Source of the DNA: Atribacterota bacterium | GTDB lineage: Bacteria > Atribacterota > Phoenicimicrobiia > Phoenicimicrobiales > Phoenicimicrobiaceae | NCBI GenBank assembly: GCA_038203565.1 | Contig: JBBRDV010000001.1 | Span: 5,028-69,027, forward strand | DNA: 64,000 bases | Direction: 5' to 3' | In this document: positions 13,740 through 24,069 of the stretch, in pieces | Position numbering within the stretch: position 1 is the first letter of the stretch | Layout of the letters: each line of letters starts with the position of its first letter | Translations under genes and position numbers: made by a program | Notes under the pieces: generated by a model | What the model saw: the letters and a program-made list of their open reading frames with translations, nothing else | The model's database searches: none | What the model was told of the DNA's origin: nothing

Positions 13740-13769
13740 ATTTGCTAATTCGATTCTAAATAACAAATT

Positions 13770-14720
13770 ATGGATATTATAAAGTATTCAAAAAATATAA
13801 TATTACCTAAAAAGAAACGATATATTGCTTTGGGTGTCTTTGATGGCGTACACTTAGGACATCAAAAATTAATTAAACTAACTTCTGATAAAGCTAAAAA
13901 GAATGATGGAATAAGTATTGTTGCTACTTTTGACCCTCATCCTGATAAAATAATTCATCCAGAAAGCAACGTTTTTCTACTAACTACTTTGGAGGAACGA
14001 GTAAACCTAATTAGAGACTTAGATATTGATGTTCTTCTTATTATTAGATTTAATAAAATGATGAGTAAAATGTCACCTGAGGATTTTATTAGTGAAATTT
14101 TAGTCAATGGTTTGGGAGCAAAAGAACTTTTTGTAGGTTTTAATTATAAATTTGGCTTTCAGGGAAAAGGGAATACGGATATTTTAAGAAAATACGGCAA
14201 GTCGTATAAATTTAAAACTAATATATTAAAACCAATAGTTGTAAGCAATACCATAATCAGCAGTACTATAATAAAAGATTATATTAATTTCGGAAATATC
14301 GAAAAAGCAAAAAAACTATTAGGGCATGATATCACGATTTCAGGAAGAGTAATTTCTGGAAAGGGCAGAGGAAGAAAATTATTAAATTTCGCTACAGCCA
14401 ATATCGAGACACTGTCAGATAAAATTCTTCCGGTTAACGGAGTATATTTAGTGGAAATTAAAATTAATAATAAAAAATATTATGGTTTAATGAATATAGG
14501 AGTTAAACCAACTTTTAGAGAAACAGAACGCACTATAGAAGTTCACATTATAAACTTCAATAAAAAAATATATAATAAAAAAGTAGTCATTAATATATTA
14601 CAAAAAATAAGAGAAGAAAAATACTTTAACCATCCAGATTTATTAAAGAAACAGATAGAAGATGACATTTTAATAGCCAGTAAAATAATTAGCGAAAAAT
14701 ATAGGAAGTTTCTTTCTTAA
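13770..14720 (+). CDS. ribF: Bifunctional riboflavin kinase / FAD synthetase
   Basis: N-terminal FAD-synthetase domain (GVFDGVHLGH) and a C-terminal riboflavin kinase domain. Confidence 0.9.
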   Translation: MDIIKYSKNIILPKKKRYIALGVFDGVHLGHQKLIKLTSDKAKKNDGISIVATFDPHPDKIIHPESNVFLLTTLEERVNLIRDLDIDVLLIIRFNKMMSKMSPEDFISEILVNGLGAKELFVGFNYKFGFQGKGNTDILRKYGKSYKFKTNILKPIVVSNTIISSTIIKDYINFGNIEKAKKLLGHDITISGRVISGKGRGRKLLNFATANIETLSDKILPVNGVYLVEIKINNKKYYGLMNIGVKPTFRETERTIEVHIINFNKKIYNKKVVINILQKIREEKYFNHPDLLKKQIEDDILIASKIISEKYRKFLS

Positions 14721-14868
14721 CTATATACTATATACTGTTACCTATTTCGGTCAGACACAAGGTCTGCCCCTACCTATTTTACTTGAAGGTCTTAACCGTT
14801 TATGATAAAATATCTAAGATACAATGTTGCCATTAAATTCTAAATATAAAATTAAAGGAGATAACAAT

Positions 14869-15138
14869 ATGGTTATTACTAAAGATGGTAAAGGAGAAAC
14901 AATAATAAAATATCAGTATCATACTACTGATACTGGATCACCAGAAGTTCAAATTGCCTTATTAACTGAAAGAATAAACGATCTTACCGGACATTTAACC
15001 AAAAATAAGAAAGATTTTCATTCAAAGCAAGGTCTATTAAAAATGGTGGGCAAAAGAAGAGGATTATTAAATTACCTCAAAGATAAAGATATTGATAAAT
15101 ATCGAAAAATTGTTGAGTCACTAAATTTACGAAAATAA
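14869..15138 (+). CDS. rpsO: 30S ribosomal protein S15
   Basis: ATG at 14869 behind AAGGAG gives an 89-aa S15. The track ORF starts at 14824. Confidence 0.9.
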   Translation: MVITKDGKGETIIKYQYHTTDTGSPEVQIALLTERINDLTGHLTKNKKDFHSKQGLLKMVGKRRGLLNYLKDKDIDKYRKIVESLNLRK

Positions 15139-15252
15139 TGAATTAGTCGTTAGTTTCAAATACAAAATGCAAGATGTACAATTAAAATCAAGATAAAATA
15201 TATATATAAAATAAATAGTTTTTCAAATAATAGGGAGGAAAATAAATATTTA

Positions 15253-17394
15253 ATGTCAGAATATAGAGAAATTAAAATTAATTTAAACGGTAAAATAATA
15301 AGTATAGAAACCGGCAAAATTGCTAAGCAGGCGGCTGGTTCGATTGTAGTGAGTTGTGAGGGAACCGTTGTACTGGTAACAGCAACCTTTTCCAAAGAAT
15401 CACGTGAAGGGATAGACTTTTTCCCTTTAATGGTGGATTATGAGGAAAAATTTTATGCTGCCGGTAAAATACCAGGTGGTTTTTTCAAAAGAGAGGGTAG
15501 ACCAAGCAAGAATGCAATATTAACTTCACGACTTATTGATCGTCCATTACGGCCTTTATTCCCCACAGAATACAAAAACGATGTTCAGGTTATTGCTACC
15601 GTTTTGTCATATGATCAAAAAAATTTACCAGATATACTGGCTATAATCGGAGCTTCTGCGGCTTTGTGGATATCGGATATTCCTTTTCAAGCTCCTATAG
15701 GAGCTGTAAGGATTGGATTAATAGCAAACGAATTTATAGTTAATCCCGGGCGGGAGGAATTAGAAAATAGCGAATTGAACTTAATTATAGCTGGCACAAA
15801 AGATTCAATTATAATGATGGAAGGTGAAGCAAAAGAAGTATCCGAAGAAATTATATTAAAAGCAATTGGCATTGCTCAAGAAGCAATTAAAATAATTATA
15901 GAAGGCCAGGAAAGATTGGCAGATATTTTGGGAAAATCTAATATAAAAGAAGAAAAGAAGTATTCAGAAACAGCAGAGTTAGCAGATAATTATCGTAAAG
16001 AAATTAAAAATCTCTACGAGAAAGAAATTAAAAAAGCTATCTGTATAAATGAAAAAAAGGAAAGAGAAGATTCATTAGAAGATATTTTTCATCGTATTAT
16101 TGAAAAATTATCTACTCTTGGAGATAATTTACCTCTTTTGAAAAATTCCTATGATGAAACTTGTAAAGAAGTTGTTCGTAATTTAATAATTAAAGAGAAA
16201 ATAAGAGTAGACGGGAGAAAATTAAATGAGATACGCCCAATTAGTTGTGAAACTGGAGTGCTGCCCCGAGTTCATGGAAGTGCTTTATTTACCAGAGGGC
16301 AAACACAAGCCTTAGTTGTTACCACTTTAGGAACAGTAAAAGATAGGCAATTTATTGATACCCTGGAAGAAGAATCTTCGGAAAGATTTTATTTGCATTA
16401 CAATTTTCCTCCTTTTAGTGTTGGCGAAGTAAGACCCAGAAGAGGACAATCAAGAAGAGAGATTGGCCATGGTTCATTAGCAGAAATGGCTTTAAAAGCG
16501 TTAATTCCTTCGGAAGGAGAATTTCCTTACACTATTCGTATAGTTTCTGAAATTTTAGAGTCAAATGGCTCTTCTTCTATGGCTACCGTTTGCGGAGGGA
16601 GTCTATCCTTATTTGACGCAGGAGTTCCTATAAAAAGACCTATAGCTGGCATCGCTATGGGATTAGTAAAAGAAGATGAAAACGTCGAAATATTAACAGA
16701 TATTTTAGGTTTAGAAGATCATTATGGAGATATGGACTTTAAAGCTGCCGGAAGCAGCCTGGGAATTACTGCTATTCAGATGGATTTAAAAATTGCTGGT
16801 ATTTCAAACAATATATTGAGCGATATTTTAAAGAGATCAAAAGAAGCAAGACTGTATATTCTTGAAAAAATGAATAAAGTGCTATCAAAATCTCGGGAAA
16901 GTTTATCTGAGTATGCACCAAAAATTTCAGTAATAAATGTTGACCCTGCTAAGATTGGCATGGTAATCGGTCCCAGTGGAAAAAATATCAAGAAAATTAT
17001 AGAAGTAACCGGTGCCTCTATCGATATTAAAGATAATGGAGAAATATTCATTGCTTCAACAGATAGAAAATCACTGGACCGAGCAAAAAAAATGATTGAA
17101 GATATGGTAAGAGAGGCTAAAGTCGGGGAAACATATGAAGGGAAGGTAACCAGGACAACTAATTTTGGAGCTTTTGTAGAAATATTTCCTGGTAAAGAAG
17201 GATTGGTTCACATTTCTAAATTATCGCGAAAACATATAGGAAGAGTTGAAGATGTAGTCAGAGTTAATGATAATATATTAGTTAAATGTATTGGAATTGA
17301 TAATCAAGGCAGAGTTGACCTAAGAAAATTAGATAACGATGAAAATATTTTAGTAGAAGATGATCTTGATAAAAAAAATGAAAATTACGATTAA
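15253..17394 (+). CDS. pnp: Polyribonucleotide nucleotidyltransferase (PNPase)
   Basis: 713 aa with two RNase PH domains plus KH and S1 domains. Follows rpsO. Confidence 0.95.
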   Translation: MSEYREIKINLNGKIISIETGKIAKQAAGSIVVSCEGTVVLVTATFSKESREGIDFFPLMVDYEEKFYAAGKIPGGFFKREGRPSKNAILTSRLIDRPLRPLFPTEYKNDVQVIATVLSYDQKNLPDILAIIGASAALWISDIPFQAPIGAVRIGLIANEFIVNPGREELENSELNLIIAGTKDSIIMMEGEAKEVSEEIILKAIGIAQEAIKIIIEGQERLADILGKSNIKEEKKYSETAELADNYRKEIKNLYEKEIKKAICINEKKEREDSLEDIFHRIIEKLSTLGDNLPLLKNSYDETCKEVVRNLIIKEKIRVDGRKLNEIRPISCETGVLPRVHGSALFTRGQTQALVVTTLGTVKDRQFIDTLEEESSERFYLHYNFPPFSVGEVRPRRGQSRREIGHGSLAEMALKALIPSEGEFPYTIRIVSEILESNGSSSMATVCGGSLSLFDAGVPIKRPIAGIAMGLVKEDENVEILTDILGLEDHYGDMDFKAAGSSLGITAIQMDLKIAGISNNILSDILKRSKEARLYILEKMNKVLSKSRESLSEYAPKISVINVDPAKIGMVIGPSGKNIKKIIEVTGASIDIKDNGEIFIASTDRKSLDRAKKMIEDMVREAKVGETYEGKVTRTTNFGAFVEIFPGKEGLVHISKLSRKHIGRVEDVVRVNDNILVKCIGIDNQGRVDLRKLDNDENILVEDDLDKKNENYD

Positions 17395-17433
17395 TATTTA
17401 TAGTTGTAATATAAAAAATAAATAGATAAAAAA

Positions 17434-17901
17434 ATGGATTTGGTTGTGGAGAATAATAAAATAGAAATAAAAATAGAAAAAGTTAGAGGATGCGAGGATT
17501 TACCTTTACCTTTTTCCATAAGTGAATTCTCCTCTGGAGTTGATTTGTTATCCGCAGAAGCTTCAGATACTGTATTAAAACCGGGTAAGATAAAATTGAT
17601 TTCCACCGGAATTAAAATTATGATCCCTAAAGGTTATGAAGGGCAAATAAGACCTCGAAGTGGTTTAGCCCTTAAGTATGGAATTACTGTTTTAAATACT
17701 CCCGGTACTATTGATTCAGATTATAGGGGTATAGTAAAGGTAATATTAATTAATTTAGGTGAGGAAGATTTTAATATACGAAGAGGAGATAGAATAGCTC
17801 AATTAGTAATCCAAAAAATATTTTCCCCTAATTTTAAACTTGTAGAGACCTTAGATAAAACCAAAAGAGGAGAAGGTGGCTTCGGGCATAGCGGTATATA
17901 A
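17434..17901 (+). CDS. dut: dUTP diphosphatase
   Basis: 155 aa with trimeric dUTPase motifs (GTIDSDYRG, RGEGGFGHSG). Confidence 0.9.
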   Translation: MDLVVENNKIEIKIEKVRGCEDLPLPFSISEFSSGVDLLSAEASDTVLKPGKIKLISTGIKIMIPKGYEGQIRPRSGLALKYGITVLNTPGTIDSDYRGIVKVILINLGEEDFNIRRGDRIAQLVIQKIFSPNFKLVETLDKTKRGEGGFGHSGI

Positions 17902-17971
17902 TATAGTGATAAGTAACCTGTTTTAGGAATTAGGAAATTTAATCTTATTACTCATTACTGTATTTTAAGTT

Positions 17972-18041
17972 CCTATACGCTAAACGCTGTACGCTCTACG
18001 CTATTTTTATTCACTAACGGCTAGTACGCTAACGGCTAATT
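17972..18041. repeat. About ten tandem heptamer units (TACGCTA-like) upstream of the Na/Pi transporter gene
   Basis: TACGCTA|AACGCTG|TACGCTC|TACGCTA|TTTTTAT|TCACTAA|CGGCTAG|TACGCTA|ACGGCTA shows strict 7-nt phasing. Confidence 0.8.
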
Positions 18042-18061
18042 TACCTAAGCGGAGGTATTCA

Positions 18062-19675
18062 ATGACCACTGAACTAATCTTTGGTATTATAGGAGGCCTG
18101 GGATTATTTTTATACGGAATGCAACTGCTTAGTGATGGCTTGCAAAAAATTGCCGGAGATAGAATACAGAAAATTATAGAATTCTTAACCAACAAACCAG
18201 TAATGGGTGTTGCAACCGGGGCATTAATAACTTCCATTATTCAAAGCAGTAGTGCAACAAGTGTTATAACTATCGGATTAGTTAACGCAGGATTACTAAA
18301 TTTAAAACAAGCTGTAAGTGTCATAGTAGGAGCAAATATAGGTACCACCGTAACCGCCCAGATTCTATCTTTTCGTTTAGAGAAATATGCTCTTCCGGCA
18401 ATCGGAATTGGTTTTATATTTAACTTTTTAGCCAAAAAAAGAAGCTATAAATATTTTGGCCAAATATTACTCGGTTTTGGTATATTATTCTTGGGTTTAT
18501 ACACTATGTCTCAAGCAGTAGGACCATTAAGAGAATATACTCCATTTCTAAATTTATTAGCAAATATTTCTTACAATCCTTTATTAGGTATCGTGGTTGC
18601 TACAATCTTTACCGCTATAATTCAAAGCAGTAGTGCTACCACCGCAATCATCATTGCTATGTCCATTCAAGGAATAATGGGCCTAGATGCAGCAATACCC
18701 CTTATTCTGGGAAGCAATATAGGAACTTGTGCTACTGTAGGAATTGCCAGCGTAGGCAGTTCAATAACCGGGAAAAGACTTGCTTTTTCTCATCTATTAT
18801 TTAATGTTGGAGGAGTTATTCTATTTTTCTTTTTCCTAAATAAGTTCACCTACCTGGTATCGTTAACCTCGTCAAGTATCCCAAGGCAAATTGCCAATGC
18901 TCATACTTTATTTAATGTAATTAATGCAGCAATATTACTTCCTTTTCTGTCTTTGTTTATTAAACTTATAGTTAAACTTTTACCAGGTGAAGAAATTGTC
19001 ATTAAGAAAGGCCCTATCTACCTAAACAAAGATATGCTAAACACGCCATCCCTTGCTTTAGGCCAAACAACTAAAGAACTGGTTAGGATGGGCGAAATGG
19101 TTGAAAGCATGTTAAATGATGTAATGATGTCTTTTATTCAAAACGACCTAAGTATATTAAAAAGTATCTATTTAAAAGAAGGGGTGGTAAATACTTTAGA
19201 AAAGGAAATTACCAAATATTTAGTATTAGTATCTCAACGGTCTCTTAGCCCTATGCAATCAAAAAGACTAACAGATTTATTGAATATAGTTAATGACATA
19301 GAAAGAGTAGGTGATCATGCTGAAAATTTAGCTGAACTTGCTGAAGAAAAAATAGATGAAAAATTACCCTTTAGTGAAAAAGCTTTGGATGAATTAAAAT
19401 ATATGTTTTCCAAAGTTCATTTTTCCTTAAATAAATCGATATCAGCATTAAAAAATAGAGATATAGAATTAGCACGGGAAGTAGCTCTAAAAGAAGATGA
19501 AATTGATATAATAGAAAAAGAACTTCGGGCTAATCATATAAAAAGGCTAAACCAGGGCATTTGTTATCCCGAATCCGGTATAATCTTTTTAGATGTAATA
19601 AGTAACTTAGAAAGAGTTGGAGACCATGCTAATAACATTAGTTTAATGGTAATTGATGAATTATCTAAAAGTTAG
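18062..19675 (+). CDS. Na/Pi cotransporter family protein with C-terminal PhoU-like domains
   Basis: Repeated QSSSAT motifs in a membrane domain and PhoU-like repeats (VGDHAEN) at the C-terminus. Confidence 0.8.
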   Translation: MTTELIFGIIGGLGLFLYGMQLLSDGLQKIAGDRIQKIIEFLTNKPVMGVATGALITSIIQSSSATSVITIGLVNAGLLNLKQAVSVIVGANIGTTVTAQILSFRLEKYALPAIGIGFIFNFLAKKRSYKYFGQILLGFGILFLGLYTMSQAVGPLREYTPFLNLLANISYNPLLGIVVATIFTAIIQSSSATTAIIIAMSIQGIMGLDAAIPLILGSNIGTCATVGIASVGSSITGKRLAFSHLLFNVGGVILFFFFLNKFTYLVSLTSSSIPRQIANAHTLFNVINAAILLPFLSLFIKLIVKLLPGEEIVIKKGPIYLNKDMLNTPSLALGQTTKELVRMGEMVESMLNDVMMSFIQNDLSILKSIYLKEGVVNTLEKEITKYLVLVSQRSLSPMQSKRLTDLLNIVNDIERVGDHAENLAELAEEKIDEKLPFSEKALDELKYMFSKVHFSLNKSISALKNRDIELAREVALKEDEIDIIEKELRANHIKRLNQGICYPESGIIFLDVISNLERVGDHANNISLMVIDELSKS

Positions 19676-19683
19676 AGGAATAT

Positions 19684-20511
19684 ATGTCATTAATATTATT
19701 AGGGATAGTGCAGGGATTAACTGAATTCTTCCCGGTAAGCAGTTCAGGACATTTGGTTATCGCTAAGTATTTCTTACAACTATATTTACCAGGTGCGGCA
19801 TTTGAAGCATTTTTACATTTTGGAACAGTTGTGGCTGTCATAGTGCTCTTTAAAAAAGAAATTAAAAAATTAGTAATTTCTTTTTTTGACAGTATTTATA
19901 AACTATCTCATGGAGAAAATATATCAAATATTTTTAAAAATAATTCATCATCAAAATTCGCCTGGTTTTTGGTAATCAGCACCATGCCGGCAGCAATTAT
20001 TGGATATACTTTTAGTTCTTATTTTGAAACACTTTTTGATAAGCCCATAATAGCCTCTTTTATGTTAACTATTACAGGAGCCATACTTTGGCTGGGCAAT
20101 AAATATTACACAGAGGGCAATAAAAATATTTCAAAAACTACTTATAAAGACGCTATTTTTATAGGAGTAGCTCAAGCTGTTGCTATTTTCCCCGGGATAT
20201 CCAGGTCCGGTTTAACTGTTATTGCCGGATTATCAAGAAATTTAGATCGGGAATTTGCGGCAAGATATTCTTTTATACTATCTGTACCGATCATTTTAGG
20301 TGCTTCAATGTTTAAAATGAGGGAATTATCTTCCTTAAATATAGATTTATCTATTCTGATATTATCCGGATTAGTGGCGGCAATATCAAGCTATGGTGCT
20401 ATGAAAATATTTATAGGATTATTAAAAAATCGGAAAATATACTTTTTTTCATACTATCTTTGGACTATATCTGGTTTAACAATTTGGATAACTTTATCGA
20501 GAGGACTTTAA
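19684..20511 (+). CDS. uppP: Undecaprenyl-diphosphate phosphatase
   Basis: 275-aa polytopic membrane protein with GLTEFFPVSSSGH and PGISRSG motifs. Confidence 0.85.
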   Translation: MSLILLGIVQGLTEFFPVSSSGHLVIAKYFLQLYLPGAAFEAFLHFGTVVAVIVLFKKEIKKLVISFFDSIYKLSHGENISNIFKNNSSSKFAWFLVISTMPAAIIGYTFSSYFETLFDKPIIASFMLTITGAILWLGNKYYTEGNKNISKTTYKDAIFIGVAQAVAIFPGISRSGLTVIAGLSRNLDREFAARYSFILSVPIILGASMFKMRELSSLNIDLSILILSGLVAAISSYGAMKIFIGLLKNRKIYFFSYYLWTISGLTIWITLSRGL

Positions 20512-20515
20512 TCAT

Positions 20516-22687
20516 TTGAAAATAAAGAAAAAAAATACTAAAAATGAAACCATAAGTATAGTAATTATTGCATTTTCTTTGTTATATATTTTCGCCTTTA
20601 TCTTCACTGACAAAATGGGAATCGTTGGGAAAATTATTTTTCAAATAGCAACTCGCAATATTGGTCTTGGTGCCTATATTTTCCCCATCTTGTTATTATT
20701 TTTGGGAATTGTAATTCTTTTTAATTATAAACTACCCAATCCTTATCATAAACTCTTTGGTATTAGTTTTTTATTTATTATATTTCTTATATTTATCCAT
20801 ATTAGATTACTTTTGCTCGACAATTCATATTCATTGTCAATGAAAGGGGCTGGCGGAGGTTTGTTAGGTTATTATTTTGCCAATTCCTTATTCCTTTACT
20901 TTGGAACAAAAGGCGCTTATCTTGTTCTAATATCTCTCAGCTTAATATCTGCCTTATTCATAACTGATATTTCTTATTTTTATATATTTAGGAACCTGGA
21001 GAATAAAACAAAGATGATATTGAATAATATTTACAATATTTCAAAAAATATCCGGACAAAAATTTCTAAAATTTCAAAACGCAAAGAAGTGCCCGACTAT
21101 CAAGAATACAGAACAGATGTAATACCTAAGAAATTATTTAAAATAAAAAAAACCAGGAAAAAAGAAAAAAAATTAGAAGAACAAGAAGAAGAAGAAGAAG
21201 TAACTTTTGACAGAGATTACCGGATATCTAAACAGGAACCTAAAATAGACATTTATCAGGTTCCACCCCTATCTCTACTATCTGACTCACACGCTGAAGA
21301 GAAAGCAGATACTAAATTAAACATTGAAGAAAATGTAAAAATACTTGAAAATACCTTCAATAATTTTGGAATTGATGCAAAAGTCGTTGGGGTTATTCAG
21401 GGACCAACTGTTACCCGATATGAAATTCATCCTGCACCCGGTGTTAAAATATCTAAAATAACTACTTTAAGTAATGATATTGCTTTGTCCTTTGCAGTAG
21501 CCTCAGTCAGGATAGAAGCACCAATACCCGGTAAAAACGCTGTAGGAATCGAAGTCCCTAATCGTAAAAGAATAAATGTGTATTTAAAAGAAATATTGCA
21601 AAGTAGTGAATTTCAAAATGGAAAATATAAATTACCCATAGCTTTAGGAATAGATATCGGAGGCAAGCCCATAATCGCAGATTTAACCGAACTTCCTCAT
21701 TTATTAATTGCCGGGGCAACCGGATCAGGGAAAAGTGTATGTATTAATAATATAATATTAAGTATTCTTTATAAACTAAGTCCGGAAACAGTGAAATTTC
21801 TAATGATCGACCCAAAGAGAGTAGAGCTAAATATTTACAATGGCATTCCACATTTATTGATACCCATTGTAACCGAATCAAATCAAGCCATTAAAGCATT
21901 AAACTGGGCGATTTCCGAAATGGAAAAAAGATTTAAAATATTTGCGGAAGTAGGAGTCAGGAATTTAGACGGTTATAACGAATATGTTAGAAATATTAAT
22001 AATGATACTGAACCCTTACCTTATATTATAATAATAATCGATGAATTAGCTGATTTGATGTTAATCTCTCCGGTAAAAGCAGAGGAATCATTATGCAGAT
22101 TAGCTCAGATGACCAGGGCAACGGGAATACATTTAATAATAGCTACTCAACGTCCTTCTGTAGATATTATTACCGGTTCAATAAAGGTAAATTTCCCTTC
22201 CAGAATTGCCTTTGCGGTTTCTACTCAGGTTGATTCAAGAACTATATTAGATGTTAATGGTGCCGAAAAATTATTAGGGAATGGAGATATGTTATTTTCT
22301 CCGGTTGGTGCCTCCAAACCAATTAGGGCTCAAGGAGCTTTTGTAGTAGAAAAAGAAATTAGAAATGTGGTATCCTATTTAATGAAGTATTCCCCCTCTC
22401 TCGAATATGAACAAGAAGTGTTAGAATATAAAAAGAGTAAAGATTTACTGCGAGAAACAGAAGAAGAGGAAGAAGATGAATTATTCAATCAAGCTGTTTC
22501 TGTTATTATTAATAGTAAACAAGCTTCAATATCAATATTGCAGCGAAAGCTTCGAATTGGTTATACCCGAGCAGCTCGATTGATAGATGTTATGGAGAAA
22601 AGGGGAATTGTAGGACCATACGATGGTCGAAATCCAAGAAAGATATTAATTTCTAACGATGAATATTTAAATAATTATGAAAAATAA
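20516..22687 (+). CDS. ftsK: DNA translocase FtsK/SpoIIIE
   Basis: N-terminal TM segments, a low-complexity linker, Walker A GATGSGKS and a gamma (winged-helix) C-terminus. Confidence 0.9.
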   Translation: MKIKKKNTKNETISIVIIAFSLLYIFAFIFTDKMGIVGKIIFQIATRNIGLGAYIFPILLLFLGIVILFNYKLPNPYHKLFGISFLFIIFLIFIHIRLLLLDNSYSLSMKGAGGGLLGYYFANSLFLYFGTKGAYLVLISLSLISALFITDISYFYIFRNLENKTKMILNNIYNISKNIRTKISKISKRKEVPDYQEYRTDVIPKKLFKIKKTRKKEKKLEEQEEEEEVTFDRDYRISKQEPKIDIYQVPPLSLLSDSHAEEKADTKLNIEENVKILENTFNNFGIDAKVVGVIQGPTVTRYEIHPAPGVKISKITTLSNDIALSFAVASVRIEAPIPGKNAVGIEVPNRKRINVYLKEILQSSEFQNGKYKLPIALGIDIGGKPIIADLTELPHLLIAGATGSGKSVCINNIILSILYKLSPETVKFLMIDPKRVELNIYNGIPHLLIPIVTESNQAIKALNWAISEMEKRFKIFAEVGVRNLDGYNEYVRNINNDTEPLPYIIIIIDELADLMLISPVKAEESLCRLAQMTRATGIHLIIATQRPSVDIITGSIKVNFPSRIAFAVSTQVDSRTILDVNGAEKLLGNGDMLFSPVGASKPIRAQGAFVVEKEIRNVVSYLMKYSPSLEYEQEVLEYKKSKDLLRETEEEEEDELFNQAVSVIINSKQASISILQRKLRIGYTRAARLIDVMEKRGIVGPYDGRNPRKILISNDEYLNNYEK

Positions 22688-22812
22688 TAGATATTTTTTT
22701 ATTTTTAAGCAGGAAAAAGATTATCGGTGTAGTATTATCTATATTAGGGGGAAATAAAATAACTAACTATTTTAGCACTTACAGGAGAAATCTATTTTTA
22801 AGGAGGTGATAG

Positions 22813-22851
22813 ATGAACTATTTTTCTGACCGCACAAACCCTATTATATAA
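22813..22851 (+). CDS. Putative 12-codon leader ORF (MNYFSDRTNPII) upstream of the BMP/ABC operon
   Basis: ATG sits 5 nt after a perfect AGGAGGTG Shine-Dalgarno sequence, in a 230-nt 5' UTR. Confidence 0.25.
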   Translation: MNYFSDRTNPII

Positions 22852-22920
22852 GAGCATTTAACAGGGGAAAAGTAAAGTTGGGATTTTAAGTATTTTTAAT
22901 AATGAAAGGAGATTTTAAAA

Positions 22921-23973
22921 ATGAAAAAGAATTTATTAGGAGTAGTCGTATTAGTAATGATATTAGGTTTATGTCTTTCTTCAACAGTTTTTTCTGCAGA
23001 ACCACTTAAAGTTGGCTTGGTGTTTGATATTGGTGGGAAAGGAGATAAATCCTTTAATGATTCAGCATCCCGAGGTTTGTCATGGGCGGCAGCTGATTTT
23101 GGAATTAAACGTATCGAATTAGAGCCAGGGGTAGATGCAGATAGGGAAGTAAATCTTAGAAACTTAGCAATGATAGGTTATGATGTAATAATCGGAGTAG
23201 GATTTTTATTTACTGATGCCATAGTTACCGTTGCTGATGAGTTCCCTGATACTAAATTTGCCATTGTCGATGGATTTATCCCTGATAAGCCTAATGTAAT
23301 GTCTCTGTTGTTTCCGGAACCTCAGGGTTCTTTCCTGGTGGGTATGATTGCTGGTATGAAAGCACAGGAAGATGGAAAAAATACAGTTGGATTTGTAGGT
23401 GGAATGGATATAGCGCTTATTAATGGATTTGAAGCAGGTTATATAGCTGGTGTTCATTATGTCTATCCTGAATGTAAGATTCTTTCTGCTTATGCCGGTG
23501 ATACTCCCGTCGCTTTTGCTGACCCGGTAAAAGGTAAAGAATTAGCTTTGTCGCAATACGATAACGGAGCATGGGTTGTCTATCATGCTTCTGGCCTAAC
23601 CGGAGCCGGAGTATTTGAAGCAGCAAAAGAAAGAAAAAGATTTGTAATCGGAGTAGACTCCAATCAGAACTATATGGGAAATATCGCGGAAACCGGAGAA
23701 AACTTTGGCTTAACCAGTATGTTAAAACAAGTTGACGTTTCAGTATATCTTGCCATAAAAGCAGCGGTTGAAGGAACTTTTAAAGGTGGTATTGAAGTAT
23801 TTGGTTTAGATAGAACCGCTACCATTGGAGGTATAACTTACTCCGGAGTTGGTTATGCTCTCGATAAGTACAATAAAGATCTTATAACTCCAGAAATGAT
23901 TACCAAGGTCGAAGAAGCAAAAGCTAAAATCATAAGCGGAGAAATTGTTGTTCCTACCGAAGTAACTAAATAA
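22921..23973 (+). CDS. BMP-family (basic membrane protein) ABC transporter substrate-binding lipoprotein, probably nucleoside-binding
   Basis: Signal peptide with a lipobox (LGLC), then a PnrA/Med-like periplasmic binding domain. Confidence 0.85.
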   Translation: MKKNLLGVVVLVMILGLCLSSTVFSAEPLKVGLVFDIGGKGDKSFNDSASRGLSWAAADFGIKRIELEPGVDADREVNLRNLAMIGYDVIIGVGFLFTDAIVTVADEFPDTKFAIVDGFIPDKPNVMSLLFPEPQGSFLVGMIAGMKAQEDGKNTVGFVGGMDIALINGFEAGYIAGVHYVYPECKILSAYAGDTPVAFADPVKGKELALSQYDNGAWVVYHASGLTGAGVFEAAKERKRFVIGVDSNQNYMGNIAETGENFGLTSMLKQVDVSVYLAIKAAVEGTFKGGIEVFGLDRTATIGGITYSGVGYALDKYNKDLITPEMITKVEEAKAKIISGEIVVPTEVTK

Positions 23974-23989
23974 CCTATTTCATACATTT

Positions 23990-24029
23990 ATATTGGAGGT
24001 ATTCATTATTGCATGAATACCTCCAATAT
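23990..24029 (+). terminator. Intrinsic terminator/attenuator hairpin after the substrate-binding gene (17-bp perfect stem)
   Basis: ATATTGGAGGTATTCAT-TATTGC-ATGAATACCTCCAATAT followed by an A/T-rich tract. Likely differential expression of the binding protein versus the permeases. Confidence 0.6.
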
Positions 24030-24069
24030 ATTAAAATTAGTTGTAAATTACTGAAGGAGGATTTATCAA

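Noticed and set aside
14731-14760. Terminator after ribF (CAGAC-ACAAG-GTCTG)
   Set aside because: The stem is only 5 bp with no adjacent U-run. It may be part of the rpsO leader structure but cannot be supported as a terminator.
22688-22920. Purine/ZTP/guanine riboswitch upstream of the BMP nucleoside transporter
   Set aside because: I compared the leader with the consensus cores I remember for the guanine riboswitch (conserved J1/2 and J2/3 junctions) and ZTP/pfl (GGGTCGTGAC...CCGCCTGGG). No match was found.
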